From: an uncultured Clostridia bacterium
GTDB taxonomy: Bacteria; Bacillota; Clostridia; Oscillospirales; Oscillospiraceae
DNA length: 40,962 bases
Assembly: GCA_946411545.1 (NCBI GenBank)
Contig: CAMKEK010000001.1
Location: forward strand, 1 to 40,962
Direction of reading: 5' to 3'
Part shown: piece after piece, positions 11,201 to 15,914 of the stretch
Position numbering within the stretch: position 1 is the first letter of the stretch
Layout of the letters: each line of letters opens with the position of its first letter
Position numbers and translations under genes: made by a program
Notes under the pieces: model-generated
Told to the model about the DNA's origin: nothing
Databases searched by the model: none
Seen by the model: only the letters and a program-made list of their open reading frames with translations

Positions 11201-12046
11201 CTTCTCCTCCGCGTTCAGGCCCTGCTCCCAAACCGTGGCGATCTTGTCCGCCCTGGAGTCCTCCAGCGCCTTCTCCGCCGCCTGCTGCCGCTCATAGGCC
11301 GCGTCCGCCGCTGCCGCGTTCTGCTCCGCCCATTCCTCCATGCTCATGCCGCCCACCCGGGCGTTGGCCATGTCCAGGGAATAGTCCTGATAGGCCTCCC
11401 AGGCCTCCTTGCTTCCGAAGTCCTCGATGCCCTGCAGAACGTAGTCCAGTCCGCCCCGTCCGGCATCCGTGCCGAAGGGTCCCGGCATGCTGCCCCAGCC
11501 TTCCTCCGCCGGCCGGTAAAAGCCCGGCAGCACCGGCGCCGCCGTCTGCGTCCCGCCGGCTGTCACACCCTCAATGTCTTCCCCTGTAGGGGATGGCGTC
11601 CTCGACGTCCCGTCGCCGGGCAGGCTGCTCTCCCCCCAGCTCCATTCGTCCTCCTCGTCCTCGTCCTTCTTCCTCGCTGTGGTGTCCACGGCCCCCACGC
11701 CAAGGCCCATGGCCGCAAGCCGCGCCGTATAATCGCTGAACCAGTCCTTCCGCGTCCCGCCCGTCTCCGGGTTCTGCCCCGCAAGGCCGCTCAGCGTTCC
11801 GAAGTCCAGCCCCGTCACATACCGTCCGCTGTAGTCATTCCCCACCACCCGCGGCCCCGTCTGCCGGGAAGTATTCGATCTGTTCCCGGTAATGTTGCCC
11901 ATGATGATTTCAAACGCGCTTCTCGGTTCCTCGCTCTGGCTCCCGCCGTTTGAGGCCCCATAGGTTTTCTCGCTGCTGGAACCGCTGGAGCTGCTGGAAC
12001 TCCCGCCCCCGTTGATGTTGTTCATGATCCGCTCAAATTTGCTCAT
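2231..12046 (-). CDS. giant multi-domain virion protein (~3270 aa), polyvalent-protein-like, with an HExxH metallopeptidase module, hydrophobic segments and a long coiled coil
   Basis: Single uninterrupted ORF. I prefer the ATG at 12046 (GGAAGGAGACGGGC upstream) over the ORF-track ATG at 12064. HELTH lies at 8324..8338. The gene occupies the slot after the portal where MuF/gp7-type minor head proteins usually sit. Confidence 0.8.
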   Translation of the reverse strand: MSKFERIMNNINGGGSSSSSSGSSSEKTYGASNGGSQSEEPRSAFEIIMGNITGNRSNTSRQTGPRVVGNDYSGRYVTGLDFGTLSGLAGQNPETGGTRKDWFSDYTARLAAMGLGVGAVDTTARKKDEDEEDEWSWGESSLPGDGTSRTPSPTGEDIEGVTAGGTQTAAPVLPGFYRPAEEGWGSMPGPFGTDAGRGGLDYVLQGIEDFGSKEAWEAYQDYSLDMANARVGGMSMEEWAEQNAAAADAAYERQQAAEKALEDSRADKIATVWEQGLNAEEKAIADTLTDLFWDDTELTDEEGRLTEHGWEKAQEFGLITAEQWQEYQAAQENRDAAAAPVREEAAAAQEDYTRAYLYEQFSGAQRYSDLYVRATDPEDTEFAAAATAGMNAYSQDLMDRQEKVEGWMEESWSEAANREDASSFYERNRLDYDENGPTEEWTQEQQEIFGYLYGQEGEDAKEKAFAFARSVNNSIAHQKKNAELQEYQDWGNTSAWGGAAGSIASVLGMPIAGVYFLLDAAEYAEKGYVTERDYANGFEAANAIAGGSAEALNDLGTIRFFGKDRGLGDLYQIGNSTLQSLGWGHVLGAAMTAIMMGGGAAESGYDEALARTGDYGQALLYAAFCWAAETGSEYLPLDHLLKTGAPKNIGEFLKNTGIQGMFEGAEGLFSSFMGFAADEWVNGRQSEYNQKVTEYSVTMSPEQAEQQASKETMEDMAWDFVSEAVGGIFGAGGQQAVQGVSTVDSETAETLFNEAAMLPEDSAAYQMAQGYQNSGKALRGFGAAKLDAAITEADQETMNAAVEERLTELGEGENAGNLARLITNAAQEMWNRIREATSDRAADKAVEDFKSGKLLGPDGQRILGESKYGRRVLEEMSPDNILNETHSSAWAENMGTVRLGDGLYAGESRMVTDAGTGTADNATAGETEDTATEDVTAADKNESVTLEEGQAGSIGVMRADGSVEVHTETGTQVLDAEDERLPEAVRKLGNTLRERLGESAPLAFTAYESGQNIEAYAAAWEQAEKLYGKRTSLTVEQIIERSPILLESLTEDQLRLAVEQGRSAANAEAGIQNSAPESGRIVEGAGPYTGETVQTGAEVAQTAQKNAASVEAAGVTVGVGTTAAGASSVAAATGTRGPRAKGTVSYDGAVMNGVRYDAVDQSKLTRRQKKQIKAVTMLAEISGVNVHFYQSRKDSKGRFQGANGGYRSGEGIFLDVNAGAYSSRSLSQVAIIRTAAHELTHFIQDQGAAQYRELTDFLLTHLSEYQGKSLGELVLAKLDRDTTGKLSYDAAIDEVVCDGCEMMLRRTTVAESLAQDNPGLFNSIRRWLRRWAARIADAFEGVEAFHEEAKAMEGYLDELQDIWDRAFVAAARNGANAESGVRNAESSTSSAAAGDTSSALRAPSPQGEGNERAAEGVGPYEGDETQLEEREIYNPIRERYAKLGLDDLSRRLGDHFPLSANFEQTMRNDITPLVLEPVHARSVVRGRRSLYAAGRAAFRKAYGKRTTVDIQQLDITAYLNEDIVSESIANRLNTDPDFDYQATLDIIPHLKEIFKNSILLNVERVHTDNKYKALYGYRLYNLYKYTTTRDGEQVTEIRAMVGTIVQNADGSARSYAFRDIENVTLGQGFNPASGSTRSPSGDSYNVSQLYSAVKNIPRAEGGLLYTSQSDESKLFTYTERDDGTLYQERDAAPTDRELLMEAAETPRAGLDVQEYARKVRSMERAQEKLERRRAALEALERENSELENGLAAETGEPAAESVGPYTEEAKAQAEKLRGEIEKLEAQIERAEKALKKAEQTPALKRTAERALAAWREANPEQAARNMRALREENKALQEYVEYYRREARRTEPGQATLLPEDVRRMAKALLKQTDSQADAAEIAAQLQALGDFMVQNQQGGGVGFFNELRRQAVTLARHILENSWYTEDERAELRRDLREYLRNHRIGTEQFGSDIPDFADFRKRNFGTLSFSRDGMSMDQLYQDLRGTFGEELFPEDAMAPSDQLYEVLGVLQSLEPQDFRMFEGYRLRDASEELGNEIIDRLLSGEVGVKETMADRNYQRAMERLEQKYAAKDRARQQQLNDAEDQMKWERARRDDLQERLREEKRLRNQLAREKAYELRQRSVQREQEYRARVRVAKARERLAKILQENSSKKHVPEVWKQALSEFLLSIDALSPRAQEKYRKQYIQQMQELQNILAKAALAQERGELPASGVQLDLLPFMDEMIQPFVERARKGEAWSIYQMDLEQLQSLEEILTAFSEAIRKADTLLADENGRSVAEAASGSIRDLEKVQGRSSTRGDKLRRILAWDNATPFYAFKRFGSGGQQIFRELRRGWGKMAMNMQQVIEYAEKAYSSQEVQAWEKEVHSFELRRRLQDIAAEENDGGETRETETVTVTTAQLMGLYCLMKREQARGHLLGAGIRVANYRQGRSEVVQSENYLLDLETVAEMVDSLTERQKEVADALQKYMNTQGSDWGNEISMARWGIRSFTEENYYPIKTDSRSRDARSPDADRANLYRLVTMGFTKNTVRNANNAIVLDSIFDTFANHMADMAKYNALGLPLVDAMRWYNYRDISESSEDGQYTTESVQKTLERVYGKEAGSYFITFLQDLNGNNEGGRGEETLKDLMSRAKVAAISFNLRVALQQPTSIMRASMVIDAQYLARGAAMKGGREKALKYSGLAVWKDLGYFDTNINPGIRRQIKHDVDRRSWLTDKGTKLAEWGDQATWGALWNACEIEQREKTKLRGEELMRATAERFDEVILSTQVMDGTICRSQNMRSKSMMMAEFTAFKAEPTLTYNMLLDVASEASLAKRSGNRNALRAAGRKAAKAAAVYTATAAATAMFAAIADAFRDDDDYRSFLQKWWEAARKNFGGNLDPTQLVPVIGDVVNMLRGEDKDLMVLGSVKKVYEVFRIWKETVKLANGSLEKATEATWYGNMTLWGKIFKTLQMLDQFAGIGIAPAAREVTSLYNTLIAPAAGWQKAKTYDAGEERELQYAFADGFLDEEQTKKLLLEKGIAHTEAEASRTIFEWRNGGAYKELKEAALANDEAAYREAMQALTAAGYTEKNARSQVRGAIKDQYQGNGMSGAKLSKEQAAGMLEKYCAMDKDEARATVQEWTCYVVTGIAFDKIKTEVNEGGIDRKRAVELLVTYGGLDKETAGNKVDYWEFLYDNEEYAEAFPQMSNYVKYRDETAPAGIDVKTWYSCYMGTKDLKADVDENGKTIDGSKRDKVLAFIDSMPLSNAQKDALYYAKGYAQSTIGKAPWHRK
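6752..6778 (-). repeat. family-1 hairpin element in frame in the giant gene (PAAESVGPY)
   Basis: GTAGGGGCCGACGCTCTCGGCGGCCGG. Confidence 0.85.
7787..7813 (-). repeat. family-1 hairpin element in frame in the giant gene (RAAEGVGPY)
   Basis: GTAGGGGCCGACGCCCTCGGCGGCCCG. Confidence 0.9.
7825..7868 (-). repeat. family-2 element (GGGGAAGGTG-hairpin-GGATGAGG) in frame in the giant gene (APSPQGEG)
   Basis: ccccttgaggggaaggtgcccgaagggcggatgaggtgtccccc; related to 18351..18390 and 25784..25828. Confidence 0.6.
8783..8809 (-). repeat. family-1 hairpin element in frame in the giant gene (GRIVEGAGPY)
   Basis: GTAGGGGCCGGCGCCCTCGACGATCCG. Confidence 0.8.
11586..11612 (-). repeat. family-1 hairpin element, diverged, in frame in the giant gene (GTSRTPSPT)
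   Basis: GTAGGGGATGGCGTCCTCGACGTCCCG. Confidence 0.7.
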
Positions 12047-12109
12047 GCCCGTCTCCTTCCGCATTGTCCCGATATGCCGCAGGGGCGGGGTCTTGCCCCG
12101 CCCGCTTTC

Positions 12110-13294
12110 TTACTTTGCCTTTTCTTTTTGATAGGCTTCCTCTGTTTTCGGCCCCCAAACGCCGTCCAGCTTGATGTTATAGCCTTTATCGATTAGAGCC
12201 TGCTGAGCTGCCAGCACTTCGGAACGCCTCAACCCAGCTCCGCTCAACTTCGGATACGTCTCATACCCGTTGTCCGCTGCCCCGCCGCCGGCCGCGGCGG
12301 CCTGCTGGGCGGCCCGCAGGCTGTCGTAATACTTCTTCATGGCGTTGTACTGGGCCCGGGTCAGTCCCGCCGCCTGGATCTCGTCCTCCGTGGCGGAATA
12401 GCCGATCTGGATCAGGCCGTTGAGCTTGTTCAGCGCGTCCTGCTGCCGCTGATACTCCCGCTCCTCCAGGCTGTCGGCATAGCTGCGCTCGGTCAGGAAA
12501 CGGTTGTAGTCGTCCACATAGCGGTTGTAGTCGGTGCTGTCCTTGTCCAGCAGCATCTGATACTCCCGCAGCAGCCGGTCCCCCTGGTCCTGATACTGCT
12601 GGTATGCCCGGTCGTACAGCTCCGGCACCCGCTCGTTCAGCTGCTGCAGGTACGCGTCGTACTGCTGCTGCCCCACCGCCTGGCCGTAGGTGCTTCCGTA
12701 GCCGCCGGTGAGGGAGGAGGCCTGCCCCATGCTGTCCCGCATGGCCATGCGCCCCTGATTGACGTACTGGTCCCGGTACTGCTGATACAGCGCGTCCGCA
12801 TCCAGGTCATAGGTGAAGTTGCCACGGCCCGTGATTTGGTTGTAAATCTCGTTGATCTGGTCGTCATAGCGGCCCACATAGCTGGGCGGATTCAGTCCCG
12901 CCTCGTTCAGCGCCGCCATGGTCCGCTCATAGATGCCCCTTGTGGCGGCCTCCTGATCCTCAAGGGACGGCACCTCGGCCAGCTGTCGGCTCACCGTGGT
13001 CTGCCCGCTGCTGCCCGTCCCCGGGATCTCGATCTCCATGGGCATCGGCTCCCCGCTGATGGTTCCGCCGTGTCCCGCAGGCCGCGTGGCCGCCGGTGCA
13101 GGCTCCGTGGGCGGTGCTGCGGGCGGCGTCTTCGGCGGCGCCGGCTCCGTCGGGGCCGACGGTACCACGTCCGAGGGGATATAGGTTCCCGGTGCCGGTG
13201 CGCCCGGATCATACCCGGCCTGCGCGTCGATTGTTGCCGGGTCGATTACGGCCGGCTTTCTGCCGCCCAGGCCCGTGTCTTTCTCAAATGCCAT
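12110..13294 (-). CDS. Pro-rich / Tyr-Gln-rich protein with C-terminal peptidoglycan-binding (PG_binding_1-like) domain; probable virion or ejection-associated protein
   Basis: C-terminus reads LAAQQALIDKGYNIKLDGVWGPKTEEAYQ; located between the Prp-like gene and the giant gene. Confidence 0.6.
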   Translation of the reverse strand: MAFEKDTGLGGRKPAVIDPATIDAQAGYDPGAPAPGTYIPSDVVPSAPTEPAPPKTPPAAPPTEPAPAATRPAGHGGTISGEPMPMEIEIPGTGSSGQTTVSRQLAEVPSLEDQEAATRGIYERTMAALNEAGLNPPSYVGRYDDQINEIYNQITGRGNFTYDLDADALYQQYRDQYVNQGRMAMRDSMGQASSLTGGYGSTYGQAVGQQQYDAYLQQLNERVPELYDRAYQQYQDQGDRLLREYQMLLDKDSTDYNRYVDDYNRFLTERSYADSLEEREYQRQQDALNKLNGLIQIGYSATEDEIQAAGLTRAQYNAMKKYYDSLRAAQQAAAAGGGAADNGYETYPKLSGAGLRRSEVLAAQQALIDKGYNIKLDGVWGPKTEEAYQKEKAK

Positions 13295-13658
13295 CGCTCA
13301 ATCCTCCAATCTCCACCCGGACATGCTCCGGGTACTGCTCCGCCAGCGCCAGCCAGCCCTCCGTCACCGTCCATATCATGCTCCGGCAGGCCCGCATCCG
13401 ATCCATTTCACCGGCAAGGCTCTCCGGCGCTCCCGCCTCCAGCATTCTCTGCGCCGTCGCCATCTCCGGAAAACAGATCTCCACCTCTGCCTCCGTGCCG
13501 ATCCGCACCCGGCCGTCAAACTCTCCCGCTCTGGCAAGCATGGCGTTGGTCAGCGCGGTGATCCCCGCGCACACCAGGTCCTGTCCCTTCTCGCCTGCGC
13601 CCGCGTGTCCCTGCAGCCGGATTCGCATCCTGCCCATGTCAACCCGTATCGTCGTCAT
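13284..13658 (-). CDS. prp: Prp-like cysteine protease (ribosomal-processing protease family, DUF464-like)
   Basis: LQGHAGAGEKGQDLVCAGITALTNAM matches the His...Cys signature GHA...G.D.VCA..S.L of Prp; about 124 aa; sits in the head module. Confidence 0.7.
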   Translation of the reverse strand: MTTIRVDMGRMRIRLQGHAGAGEKGQDLVCAGITALTNAMLARAGEFDGRVRIGTEAEVEICFPEMATAQRMLEAGAPESLAGEMDRMRACRSMIWTVTEGWLALAEQYPEHVRVEIGGLSDGI

Positions 13659-13670
13659 TCAGATCCCCTC

Positions 13671-15887
13671 TCAGTCCGGCTGGCTGGCCCGCGCCGCCCG
13701 CTCCCGGGCCTTGCGCACATGGGTGGCCTCTCCCGCGTTTCCGGTGGCGGCGGCCTCCTGCGTGGGCATCGCCGCCTGCCCGGAGCTGGGGAACGCGCCT
13801 CCCGCCATGGCAGCGCCTCCCGTGATTGCCTGGGCAAGCCCCGGCACCAGGTCCGGCCGGTACTGCTGGGCCAGCGTCAGCGCCATCTGCTGGAACTGCA
13901 CCAGCTTCTGATACATGTCCGCGTTCATCGCGATCCGCTGCGCCACCTTGTCCTTGCCTTCAAACTCCATCATGTCCAGCACCGCCATGGCCATGTCCCC
14001 GTTCTGGGGGCTGAAGAAGCCCGCTCCGTATAGCTGCATGGCCAGCTCGTTCTGGGCAAGCTTGGTGTAGGGGTTGCGCTTCTGGGGCTCGATCTTGATA
14101 TCGAACACCGGCAGCCGGAACCCCATGTCCACGCTGCCCATCATGCCCTGCCACTGGGGCTGCAGTCCCTGGTTGGAGTACCGGGTAAACTCATCGCTGC
14201 CGTCGCGCCCCGTGATGCGGAAGGTGCGCGGCATGTCATAGAACTGCCTCACCAGCTCGATCACCTGATCCACCAGCTCCGCGAAGGCCCGATAGCTGGC
14301 CTTGGCGCTGTCCCGGCTTCCCTTGCCGCTGGCTTCCTGCAGCGCCGCGATGGCGGAGGCCGCCGTGGCCCCGCTGGTGGAGATGCCGTTGGCCGTCTCC
14401 GTGTTGCCTGTGGTCTCCCGCAGCTCGCTGATGGTCTGCTCCAGGACGTTGATGTAGTTGCCGTGCAGGCTGTTCACCTCCACCCGGCGCAGGCTGTCCT
14501 CGCCCAGGTTGCCGCTGACGTGCACCAGCGCCTTGTGCAGGTCCAGAAACTCCTCCTCGTTCACCGCGCCGTCGCTGCGGGCGAAGTAACGCGGTGTGGC
14601 CCCGGCCATGGTGTTCTTGATGAAGGCGGTCTTCATCAGGTCCACCTGGGTCTGCTCGTTGGCCGCCAGATCCACGAAGCCATAGCCGCAGGGGCTCCCC
14701 TCCACAGGGAACAGCACGTCAAACACAAAGGGATACTTCCCGTGCTCGTAAAGTCCCCGGCTGGAATTGGTCGCACGGAATCCGGAATTCGGAAGCGCAG
14801 GCACAGCGCCCGGCATACCCGGCGCACCCACACCCGGTCCCGCTCCCATGCCCGGCACAGCGCCTGCAGGGGCCGGCGTCCTCGGCGGCCCGCCCTCTGG
14901 TTCCCGCAGCCCGGCGGCGCCTGGTATGCCTCCCATGCCCGGCACAGCGCCTGTAGGGGCCGGCGTCCTCGACGGCCCGCCCCCGGTATCCCCCAACCCG
15001 GCAGCGCCCATGCCCGGTCCTTCTCCGTAGGGGCCGACGCCCCCGGCGGCCCGTCCTCCCGGCACAGCGCCCGGCATCCTCGTGTCCTGTCCGGTCTGCT
15101 CCGTGGCGTACAGCACCACATCCCCCACGAACTGGCAGTAATGCAGCACCCGTCTGCCGCCCTCGAAGCGGTGGTAGTAGTGGTTGATCACCGTGAACTG
15201 GTTGTCCGTGGGCACCTGATCGTCATACAGGAACTTGGTGGCCTGGAAGGCGTCCGGCTTCAGCCGCCCCCGCAGCTGGGGATACTGCTCGATCAGCGTG
15301 TCCCCGTCCTCCAGGTAGGTGTAGAACAGGTGCCGGCTGTCCTGGATGTCCGCCACGCCCGGCTCCCAGAACAGGTTCAGAAGGTTCACGGTCTGGATGC
15401 TGATGTCCCCCAGCCCGTTCAGCTTTGACTTGTCCCAGGTGATCATGTATACGCCCGTGCCGGTCTTCAGCTTCTGCCACATGGCCCGGTCATAGGTGTG
15501 TTCAAAGCGGTTCTGCTCCAGGATGCAGGGGATCACGGCTGACAGCATCCTGGCCTCCTGCTGGTCTCCCTTCTCTCTGGGCAGGATGTTGGGCTCCGGA
15601 TAGGCCTCCATGGCGTCCGCGTGCTTGGAGGCGATCACGTTGTGCAGCCACCCGCTCTTGGCGTTGAACTCCGCCGGGTCCAGCTCGCTGACCTTGGCCT
15701 CCTCCATCTCGTTGCGCAGCTTCCACCAGTTTTCCGCGTTCTGCACCCGGCGCTCCAGCCGCGCCTTGCCGGTCTTGTACTTCTGCAGAATCCGCATCCA
15801 GTCCCGCAGGGTCTCCTTGGTGATGGGGCCCTTCCGGTCCTCCTCCGCACGCCATCCCGGCGCCTGCTCGTTGATAATCTGATCCAT
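13671..15887 (-). CDS. portal protein carrying a ~100-aa Gly/Pro/Ala-rich insertion
   Basis: Immediately downstream of terL; size; ATG at 15887 preceded by GAGGAGGAG (MDQIINEQ...). The ORF-track start at 15905 is less likely. Confidence 0.8.
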   Translation of the reverse strand: MDQIINEQAPGWRAEEDRKGPITKETLRDWMRILQKYKTGKARLERRVQNAENWWKLRNEMEEAKVSELDPAEFNAKSGWLHNVIASKHADAMEAYPEPNILPREKGDQQEARMLSAVIPCILEQNRFEHTYDRAMWQKLKTGTGVYMITWDKSKLNGLGDISIQTVNLLNLFWEPGVADIQDSRHLFYTYLEDGDTLIEQYPQLRGRLKPDAFQATKFLYDDQVPTDNQFTVINHYYHRFEGGRRVLHYCQFVGDVVLYATEQTGQDTRMPGAVPGGRAAGGVGPYGEGPGMGAAGLGDTGGGPSRTPAPTGAVPGMGGIPGAAGLREPEGGPPRTPAPAGAVPGMGAGPGVGAPGMPGAVPALPNSGFRATNSSRGLYEHGKYPFVFDVLFPVEGSPCGYGFVDLAANEQTQVDLMKTAFIKNTMAGATPRYFARSDGAVNEEEFLDLHKALVHVSGNLGEDSLRRVEVNSLHGNYINVLEQTISELRETTGNTETANGISTSGATAASAIAALQEASGKGSRDSAKASYRAFAELVDQVIELVRQFYDMPRTFRITGRDGSDEFTRYSNQGLQPQWQGMMGSVDMGFRLPVFDIKIEPQKRNPYTKLAQNELAMQLYGAGFFSPQNGDMAMAVLDMMEFEGKDKVAQRIAMNADMYQKLVQFQQMALTLAQQYRPDLVPGLAQAITGGAAMAGGAFPSSGQAAMPTQEAAATGNAGEATHVRKARERAARASQPD
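14866..14892 (-). repeat. family-1 hairpin element in frame in the portal gene (GPPRTPAPA)
   Basis: GCAGGGGCCGGCGTCCTCGGCGGCCCG. Confidence 0.8.
14953..14979 (-). repeat. family-1 hairpin element, subtype B, in frame in the portal gene (GPSRTPAPT)
   Basis: GTAGGGGCCGGCGTCCTCGACGGCCCG; 27/27 identical to the copy at 24348. Confidence 0.9.
15027..15053 (-). repeat. family-1 hairpin element in frame in the portal gene (RAAGGVGPY)
   Basis: GTAGGGGCCGACGCCCCCGGCGGCCCG. Confidence 0.85.
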
Positions 15888-15897
15888 AGCTCCTCCT

Positions 15898-15914
15898 CTA
15901 AGCACTAAGCACTA
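15898..15914. repeat. heptad stop repeat (CTAAGCA x2 + CTA) between terL and portal
   Basis: Minus strand TAGTGCTTAGTGCTTAG has TAG in all three frames. The first TAG is the terL stop, and the repeat runs straight into the portal RBS GAGGAGG. Confidence 0.85.

Noticed and set aside
2240-11953. Very long plus-strand ORFs (2240..6994, 1584 aa; 8735..11953, 1072 aa). Similar ones lie opposite other genes: 16029..17516, 35254..37788 and 38180..39928
   Set aside because: They are antisense shadows of well-supported minus-strand genes in GC-rich DNA. Their composition is Arg/Pro/Leu/Gly/His-dominated and low-complexity, they lack Shine-Dalgarno sequences, and third-position GC favours the minus-strand frames.
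2231-12046. The giant protein as an N4-like virion RNA polymerase (suggested by the N4-type capsid family and a >3000-aa virion protein)
   Set aside because: I could not find the single-subunit RNA polymerase motifs by eye. The protein instead shows an HExxH module, coiled coils and helical repeats. The phage is temperate with a conventional repressor switch. This remains open to a profile search.
12082-12110. GC hairpin (ggggcgggg-tctt-(g)ccccgccc) between the 394-aa gene and the giant gene as a minus-strand terminator
   Set aside because: There is no U-run on the minus-strand side. The T-rich tract lies on the plus strand, so at most it stops antisense transcription. The two genes are probably co-transcribed. 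I left it unannotated.
14866-15053. Three 27-nt repeats spaced 87 and 74 nt apart could be mistaken for a mini CRISPR array
   Set aside because: The spacing is irregular, the intervening sequences are themselves repetitive, the whole region is in frame inside the portal ORF, and the same repeat is scattered singly across the genome. There are no cas genes.
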